Assembly: GCA_903901225.1 (NCBI GenBank)
Contig: CAIUQE010000037.1
Coordinates: 39,885 to 103,884 of the forward strand
Reading direction: 5' to 3'
Source of the DNA: Candidatus Omnitrophota bacterium
Lineage (GTDB): Bacteria > Omnitrophota > Gorgyraeia > Zapsychrales > Fredricksoniimonadaceae
DNA length: 64,000 nucleotides
The translations under genes were made by a program, and so were the position numbers. Each line of letters begins with the position of its first letter. Within the stretch, counting starts at the first letter, position 1. The notes under the pieces were generated by a model. That model worked only from the letters and a program-made list of their open reading frames with translations. It had not been told where the DNA came from and made no database searches. Shown one piece after another: positions 58,361-64,000 of the stretch.

Positions 58361-59839
58361 TTACCTGTTATATCCCGCCCGCTCATCCGCGCGATCAAGT
58401 TCCATCTGGATAGTATCCGATCGTTGAGGCCCGGAAGTTTCGCGGTCTTGCGCATTCACGACCGCGTTCTTGTTTGCTTGGTAGCCGGCATCAGAGGACA
58501 GAATATGCGGCGTGATAAATATAACAAGCTCACGATCAGTGGTACTGACTGATTTATGACGAAAAAGACGACCCATGATCGGGATATCCCCCAAAATAGG
58601 GACTTTGGTGGATGTGGTATTGTTAACGGCACGCAATAGGCCTCCAAGAACAAAAGTCTCTCCGTCACGCACCCGCATCATCACCTTTGCCCCGCGTGTT
58701 TCGGGGTCTTTAAATCCGGCGAACGCGGAATCTCTGACCTCAATGACCTTGGGGGAAACGGCGATCATGATCTCCCCTGACAGCAGGTTGATCTGCGGCG
58801 TGACCGTAAGAATTACACCTGTTTCATAGCGCTCAGCCGTATTCGTTGTGACCAATGTCGTCCCCGAACCTGAATTGGTCGAAGTCACACCGATAACCTC
58901 ATTGGTGGATATCTGTATCTGCGCTGTTTCATTATTCAATGTCAGTAGACGTGGCCGCGCCAGCGTCTTTGTGTCTGTTTTAGTCGTCAAAAACTGCAAA
59001 GCGGCAGAGAACGCTTGGCCGTTCATAACCCCCCTCGAATAAGTTGTTCCCATCGCGCCGTTATTCAACGCATCCTTTTGGCTCAACGGCCATAAAAAGT
59101 CATTGCCACCCAACCCCTGAATGTTATAAAGCGTAGCACCAAACTTAACCCCCATCTGCTGAAGTGCCGACTTGGACGTGTCGATCATTTCAACCTGGAT
59201 AAGCACTTGCGGTATGGATACATCAAGTTTGGCAATAATGCCTTCAATAGCTGGGAAATTCTCTTCCAAAGCCGTTATGACCAAACTATTCGTGCGCAGA
59301 TCAGTCACGATCTTGCCCCCATCACCAACGACCGATTGCAATGCAGATACAATATCGCCACCTGTACCGGCACCTGCAGCCGCTGCCGCCCCGGTCGCCG
59401 TTGGATCAGTAATTGATATCGTTGAAAGAACTTTGGACCCGGGCAAAGCGGTATATTTCAAAGGATACACGCGCGTTGCTGTCTTTTTTACCAGAGTTAG
59501 TTGCGGTGTCACAAAGAAGATATTCGACCGCGCATCATATGTGAACTTAAGATCGTTTGCCGTTAAAACTTTATCCAGCGCCACCTCAACAGGGACATCG
59601 TTAAGAAGCACTGTCACAGTCAAGTTCTTAACAAGACTTGAAAGAATAAAATTTGATCCAATCTTTTTAGAAAAAACCTTCAAAACATCTTTAATATCCG
59701 CATCTTTAAAATCAAGGGATATCACCTTCGAATATTGCGCAAGAAGAAAAGGGCTGCCCTGGTCCGGATCAGCCGCAAAAGAACCCGTCACGCCAATAAA
59801 AAACAGGATAATGGATATAATGGCTGGGCTTTTCTTCAC
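58361..59839 (-). CDS. secretin (GspD/PilQ family), short form
   Basis: Signal peptide, N0-like domain (ISLDFKDADIKDVLKVFSKKIG), secretin_N repeats, C-terminal secretin domain; 492 aa. Confidence 0.85.
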   Translation of the reverse strand: MKKSPAIISIILFFIGVTGSFAADPDQGSPFLLAQYSKVISLDFKDADIKDVLKVFSKKIGSNFILSSLVKNLTVTVLLNDVPVEVALDKVLTANDLKFTYDARSNIFFVTPQLTLVKKTATRVYPLKYTALPGSKVLSTISITDPTATGAAAAAGAGTGGDIVSALQSVVGDGGKIVTDLRTNSLVITALEENFPAIEGIIAKLDVSIPQVLIQVEMIDTSKSALQQMGVKFGATLYNIQGLGGNDFLWPLSQKDALNNGAMGTTYSRGVMNGQAFSAALQFLTTKTDTKTLARPRLLTLNNETAQIQISTNEVIGVTSTNSGSGTTLVTTNTAERYETGVILTVTPQINLLSGEIMIAVSPKVIEVRDSAFAGFKDPETRGAKVMMRVRDGETFVLGGLLRAVNNTTSTKVPILGDIPIMGRLFRHKSVSTTDRELVIFITPHILSSDAGYQANKNAVVNAQDRETSGPQRSDTIQMELDRADERAGYNR

Positions 59840-59846
59840 TTTCTCC

Positions 59847-60320
59847 TCATTCGTTATTAAAAGATGTCGTAAATTTCTCTTCCTTGAATAAGAACACGAT
59901 GCCTTTTTTTTCTATCTTAAATATTTTTGCACCGGCGACAATTTCACCCTCCTGAAGCACCTGCCCATTGATAACGGCTACAGGATGCTCACCATCATAT
60001 AAAACCCCCGTGATCTTCATATCGGGAAGAACAACTTTTTGCTTGACTGGCGGCGGCGCCTTAACTTTAACAACCCGGGGTGGTATCGCCTTCTTCGCCT
60101 CCTGCATTAATTTAGTTTCACGCGCACGCCGGGCCTCATTGATACGTTGCATAAAAAGATCAAAAAGCTCAGGGACTTGGGTCTTGATGCTAAAAGGATC
60201 CATCAAGGAAGATTCTGTCTTGTCTTCAGGGGGTGGATTTTCCTGGGCTAAAGCCGACACTCCCTGTCCATGGTACAGAAAAAAGCAAAGTACGATAATA
60301 GTATATAGGCAACGCCGCAT
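59847..60320 (-). CDS. PilP/GspC-like lipoprotein-type secretin partner
   Basis: Signal peptide MRRCLYTIIVLCFFLY; C-terminal KITGVLYDGEHPVAVINGQVLQEGEIVAGAKIFKIEKKGIVFLFK resembles the PilP/GspC beta-domain; start moved to an internal Met to limit overlap. Confidence 0.45.
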   Translation of the reverse strand: MRRCLYTIIVLCFFLYHGQGVSALAQENPPPEDKTESSLMDPFSIKTQVPELFDLFMQRINEARRARETKLMQEAKKAIPPRVVKVKAPPPVKQKVVLPDMKITGVLYDGEHPVAVINGQVLQEGEIVAGAKIFKIEKKGIVFLFKEEKFTTSFNNE

Positions 60321-60324
60321 ATTA

Positions 60325-61020
60325 CTATTTTTTTTGAAGATTTTTTTTGTCATTCTCCACCAATGCGATTGACGCGACATCCAGGATCATTGACAACGAG
60401 AACTTCGTCTGATTCTCGGCAACAGCGGTCTGATCGTCCCTCATTTCAAATTCGTTGATGCTGGAGTTAATCGAACAGGAATTCACCTTAACGAAGTGTT
60501 TCCCTTTCTCCAGGTCACGCACAAAAGCCAACGCATCCTGAAATGTCATCCCTGAACACAAAAATCTGATGCTCACCGTACGAAAAAAACCGCTGGACGT
60601 TCTGCGAACGGGCTCAAATGAATTGATCTGGATATTAAGATCTGTTGCTGTTTGCGTAATAAAAGATACCAGATCAGCGTCGGATAAAGCCAGCGGGATC
60701 GTCCCCACAAAAGCCTTCCTGGCCTTGAGCGCATCCTGATACTCACGAACAGGAACCTCCTTGGCCAACAGCGCAGAAACTTTCATCTTATAATCGGAAT
60801 ATTCGCTATAACGAACATTTGCCGTAATCGCAGCCCAGATCAAAAAAACAATAACAATGATCAAATAAAGGACCAGGGCTTGCTTCTCGTTAATGAACTC
60901 CCTGAGATCTTCAGGCTTTAAGTTCTTTATGTTGTAAAGTAATTTTTTGAGATCATCGACAGAAACACTTGAGAAGCGACCGGGGTCGATCTTGAACTTC
61001 TTAAGATCAGGAGTATTCAT
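60325..61020 (-). CDS. PilO/GspM-like bitopic assembly protein
   Basis: Cytoplasmic N-terminus, single TM (LVLYLIIVIVFLIWAAI), about 160-aa periplasmic domain; position between the PilMN fusion and the PilP-like gene. Confidence 0.45.
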   Translation of the reverse strand: MNTPDLKKFKIDPGRFSSVSVDDLKKLLYNIKNLKPEDLREFINEKQALVLYLIIVIVFLIWAAITANVRYSEYSDYKMKVSALLAKEVPVREYQDALKARKAFVGTIPLALSDADLVSFITQTATDLNIQINSFEPVRRTSSGFFRTVSIRFLCSGMTFQDALAFVRDLEKGKHFVKVNSCSINSSINEFEMRDDQTAVAENQTKFSLSMILDVASIALVENDKKNLQKK

Positions 61021-62666
61021 TTCCCCTCACATGCGATCGAAAAGGCAACGATCTTATTTTGGGTAGCTTTGAATTCTTTAGCAATAACTCCGGAAAGTTT
61101 TATGTTCTTGAAAAGAGAAGACATCATGGCATCAGCTTGCAACGTATCAACAAAAACATTAACAAGCACATACGTTTCATTAAGATCACGCGAATACGCC
61201 GACCCGGAAAAGGTCATTCTTACAATTGTTTTAAGGGATGTGTAGGCCGAAACGGGCAAGCCATCCAACGCGTCGGATTGCTCTGTTGGATTTTCAACGG
61301 CGGCTGTTTTGTCATCAAAATCAACCTGGACATTTTCTATCCATATCCCCTTAGGAACAAGGCTCGCGAATCTGGCAACAAACGGCTCCATGCGGCTTTT
61401 TAAAGGCAGCTTCTTGAGTGCGGTCAGTTTTTCTACTTCTTCAAGAGTTTTTTTCTGAGCTTCTTCCTGTGTCAAGTCCGGACTGGTGCTCAAACGTTCA
61501 GAAACAGCCAGGAACTGGTCACGCACTGTCCTGACAAGCTCGCCGCCGCCCCATGAGGTCAGGACCATCAAAAACACACAGATAACCCCGATAACAACCG
61601 GGAGAATGAGCTGGCGATTCCTTTCCAGTATTTCATCTTTCTTCAAGGAAACCTGACGGGAAGCCCCTTCAGAAAGATTAAAGTCAATGACGGATGGGAC
61701 CGTGCCCGCAAGAGCTGCCCCGAAAGCAGCAACCTCACCCACGTCTGTCACATTGGACAGTCCGAGCTGACGCAAAGGATCAACAATATCGACGGGCATA
61801 CCTATATCTTCGCTCAACCCTGACCAGAAAGACTGGTTCAACCCGGAAGAAAAAATGATGATCTTGTTGATGTCTTCATTCTCATGCTGGCGCGAAAAAA
61901 ACTCAAAAGACATCCTGACCTCATTGAACAATTTCATGCGAGACACTTCTTCATTACCCTTGGGAACAGGCAACGGCAACAGCGCTGAGGCCAACTCCGG
62001 CATGATCTGGACTTTAAAATCCCGAATGAATTTTACATGGCCTTTCGAGGTGATGATCAGCGATCCGGAATCTTTGGAAGTCAGGAGGATCGCCGTCACC
62101 TGCGAAGGCTCGATCTGCTTTTTAAAGATCAAGGACCTGATCAAACTGGTCGGACCTGGCTCACTGTAAACAACGTTAAGCCCGGATTGTGAAAGGACAT
62201 TCAGATACCTTTGAAAAACATCCTTGCGAATGGCAACAAAAAGTATCCCGATCTGCCGCGCATCGCCCTTGACCAGGGTTGTTGGATAATATGTATACGC
62301 CATCTCATCGATCGGGAAAGGAGTATATTTCTTTGCTTCATACGCGACAACATCCTGGATCTCACTGGTTTTCATCCACGGAATAACAAACCAGCGGATC
62401 AAAACATCTTTGGAAGGAATGGAAAAATATGTTTCAAGGACCGAAAAGCCTTTGTTCGTGACCGCTTTCTGGATGGCATCAAGAAAAGAGGGGTCATCAA
62501 AATCGGGGTTCCCGCCCGCATCAGGCTTCAAAAGGGAGGAAAATGGCACAAACGCGGAAATTGTCGCCGCATCCCGATCCACTTCAACAAAGCTGAAGCC
62601 GGTTTCTCCCCAATGAAGACCGAGTCGTTTACGATTGCTGGGCATGTGTGTTATCCATAAAATCAA
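61017..62666 (-). CDS. PilM-PilN fusion (GspL-like): cytoplasmic actin-like domain, TM helix, periplasmic domain
   Basis: 549 aa; about 340-aa N-terminal region with the PilM/FtsA-like ATPase fold pattern, TM LILPVVIGVICVFLMVL, about 190-aa C-terminal periplasmic region. Confidence 0.55.
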   Translation of the reverse strand: MILWITHMPSNRKRLGLHWGETGFSFVEVDRDAATISAFVPFSSLLKPDAGGNPDFDDPSFLDAIQKAVTNKGFSVLETYFSIPSKDVLIRWFVIPWMKTSEIQDVVAYEAKKYTPFPIDEMAYTYYPTTLVKGDARQIGILFVAIRKDVFQRYLNVLSQSGLNVVYSEPGPTSLIRSLIFKKQIEPSQVTAILLTSKDSGSLIITSKGHVKFIRDFKVQIMPELASALLPLPVPKGNEEVSRMKLFNEVRMSFEFFSRQHENEDINKIIIFSSGLNQSFWSGLSEDIGMPVDIVDPLRQLGLSNVTDVGEVAAFGAALAGTVPSVIDFNLSEGASRQVSLKKDEILERNRQLILPVVIGVICVFLMVLTSWGGGELVRTVRDQFLAVSERLSTSPDLTQEEAQKKTLEEVEKLTALKKLPLKSRMEPFVARFASLVPKGIWIENVQVDFDDKTAAVENPTEQSDALDGLPVSAYTSLKTIVRMTFSGSAYSRDLNETYVLVNVFVDTLQADAMMSSLFKNIKLSGVIAKEFKATQNKIVAFSIACEGK

Positions 62667-62717
62667 TTAAATCTCTTGGCTGACCTAATGTCAAGGCATT
62701 TGAAAGAAACTTCATTA

Positions 62718-63065
62718 CTAATAAGAAACGGTCGTGTCGATCCTGGTCGTCCCTGAGGGTCCCGCGCTCGCTGTACTCGTGAATGTGACAGTATACGTCC
62801 TGCTGCCCGCAATCCCGCCGGTAGAACTGGGCGTGGGCTCGGAATAATCAGAGGGAGGAACACCGCCATTCTGATACCCTCTCCAGAAAGCTCCCTTGGC
62901 CAGTATTTCCGCCTGAATATGAGCCGCCTGGCTCTCCGCGATCGCGGCCTTGCTCAGGTAACGGCTTACCGTCCCTAATGTAATAAGAGACATTACCAAG
63001 ATCGCCGCAATAACAATGACCAAGACCAACCCTCTGTCTTTCCGAAAAATCCCGGCATCAAGCAT
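62718..63065 (-). CDS. GspK-like minor pseudopilin candidate (Gly -1, no Glu +5)
   Basis: Start moved to an internal Met: MLDAGIFRKDRG|LVLVIVIAAILVMSLITLG resembles GspK N-termini (RGVALIxVLLxVAxLT); short (about 115 aa). Confidence 0.3.
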   Translation of the reverse strand: MLDAGIFRKDRGLVLVIVIAAILVMSLITLGTVSRYLSKAAIAESQAAHIQAEILAKGAFWRGYQNGGVPPSDYSEPTPSSTGGIAGSRTYTVTFTSTASAGPSGTTRIDTTVSY

Positions 63066-63300
63066 CGTCTTCCTCCGTGTAGCTTGAACAAATGGAACAG
63101 CGTAATATTTTTCTGTGAAGGTAATCAACGCACACATGTCCGCAATACGGACATTGCCTGACATGGTCGGTCAAATCTGCGTTCACATCAAAATTATCCA
63201 CACCTTGATAATGCTCACACCACATCAAAGCAACATAAAAAACAACGAAAGCTGCAAAAAGAAAAGCCCCTGCCGCAAAAGAGACATCCATTTTGATCAT
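63058..63300 (-). CDS. small membrane-anchored zinc-ribbon protein (hypothetical)
   Basis: N-terminal TM FAAGAFLFAAFVVFYVALMW then CPYC...(16)...CSIC; 80 aa. Confidence 0.35.
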   Translation of the reverse strand: MIKMDVSFAAGAFLFAAFVVFYVALMWCEHYQGVDNFDVNADLTDHVRQCPYCGHVCVDYLHRKILRCSICSSYTEEDDA

Positions 63301-63716
63301 CGCCGGTCCAAGCGTAATTTTATGCCCCCTTCCAGCGGCGCCTCATCTAGATGAGCATCAGTCTTGGGCATGTTCGCCTGATCAGGTTCGACGCGCTCAC
63401 CGAGGAAGCGCGGAATAAGCTCATCGGGACGCGGCAACAAATCCTCCGCCTGGCCTGGCTTCTCGACTTGAATGCCTCGTCGCCAGTTATCCTCGTGAAC
63501 ACCATTACCGTAATAAAAGCGGGGCATCCCAAGATCGACGACGGCTGCGGGCTGAACTCTCGACGACGAAACCTCCTGATGCCTGAGAATAGCGCCCAAA
63601 AAGACATAGTTGATCCGGTAAATGTCCTGAGTTCCCCTGACCGTCAATGTAAAACAAGCTAAAACAGCCACATGGATCAAAAAAGATATGCCGGCGTTAC
63701 GGTACAACAACATCAC
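63297..63716 (-). CDS. hypothetical membrane-anchored protein (possibly a short TonB/TolA-like partner of ExbD)
   Basis: N-terminal TM, Pro/Glu-containing linker; lies directly downstream of an exbD/tolR-like gene; weak. Confidence 0.2.
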   Translation of the reverse strand: MMLLYRNAGISFLIHVAVLACFTLTVRGTQDIYRINYVFLGAILRHQEVSSSRVQPAAVVDLGMPRFYYGNGVHEDNWRRGIQVEKPGQAEDLLPRPDELIPRFLGERVEPDQANMPKTDAHLDEAPLEGGIKLRLDRR

Positions 63717-64000
63717 TCTTCTCTGTCTGTAGCCAGGTTGATGGTTGAAAAGCCAAGGCTACGGCCCATATCCCATATCTCCACCACCCTGCCAATTGAA
63801 GCGCGCCGGTCCGCTTGGATAAGAACCGACCGGGAGTCAGTCCTGGCCGAAGCAAGAAAATTTCTCAATTCCAGCAAGGTAACTATTTTATCATGAACGT
63901 ACACGATATTCTCACCTGTAACAACTATTTTTATATCTTTCCCGCTGGCCATGTCGCTCGTGATCGCTTTCGGAAGCTTAACCCCGAACGGCGTGGACAA
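63713..64000 (-). CDS. ExbD/TolR family biopolymer transport protein (5' end outside the window)
   Basis: C-terminal periplasmic domain pattern ...SVLIQADRRASIGRVVEIWDMGRSLGFSTINLAT. Confidence 0.6.
   Translation of the reverse strand: MSTPFGVKLPKAITSDMASGKDIKIVVTGENIVYVHDKIVTLLELRNFLASARTDSRSVLIQADRRASIGRVVEIWDMGRSLGFSTINLATDREE

Noticed and set aside
1-64000. CRISPR arrays, rRNA genes and IS or transposase genes
   Set aside because: No short direct repeats with regular spacers, no rRNA-like stretches and no transposase or integrase-like ORFs were found. The only repeated DNA is the duplicated pilin 3' segment.

Overview
Gene-dense (~90% coding), fairly GC-rich bacterial chromosomal segment. 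From ~10.3 kb to the window end every gene is on the minus strand. Many genes abut or overlap by 4 nt (ATGA), and intergenic space is small, so no large non-coding elements are present. The content is mainly housekeeping: recN, pfp, ftsH-folP-cdaA, pdxJ-acpS-nnr, tilS, tsaD, ctpA, gatCAB, rsmA-pdxA-surA, mfd, secDF-yajC, rpsP, trpE, hisDBHAF, alaS-recX-recA and rsmE. There are four tRNA genes with near-consensus sigma70-type promoters and hairpin terminators. Envelope-glycosylation genes are unusually numerous: three GT2 polyprenol-phosphate glycosyltransferases plus four GT-C type membrane proteins (YfhO, DUF2079, GT39/83-like, TMTC-like). The most striking block (51.9-63.1 kb) is a complete type II secretion / type IV pilus-like locus. 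It holds seven tandem prepilin-type genes, six of which carry Ala or Ser instead of Gly at position -1, and two of which are recently duplicated paralogs with near-identical 3' ends. It also holds a GspF/PilC platform protein, a GspE/PilB ATPase whose N-terminus has two MshEN-type c-di-GMP-binding motifs, a short secretin, a PilP-like and a PilO-like protein, a PilM-PilN fusion (GspL-like) and a GspK-like pseudopilin. No prepilin peptidase or retraction ATPase is in the window. Other notable items: a bactofilin fused to an excisionase-type HTH domain, translationally coupled to a membrane-anchored HTH protein; a compact Mfd (640 aa) lacking the N-terminal, D3 and C-terminal D7 domains; a LamG-domain secreted protein gene interrupted by one in-frame TAG, while TAG terminates hisD normally; a 32-codon membrane mini-ORF overlapping the cdaA stop that resembles a CdaR N-terminal remnant; a trpE embedded in the his operon with no trpG; and a pyrophosphate-dependent phosphofructokinase. 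No CRISPR arrays, rRNA genes, integrases or transposases were seen. The lineage cannot be assigned from sequence alone. Coordinates of non-ORF features were counted by hand and may be off by a few nt.
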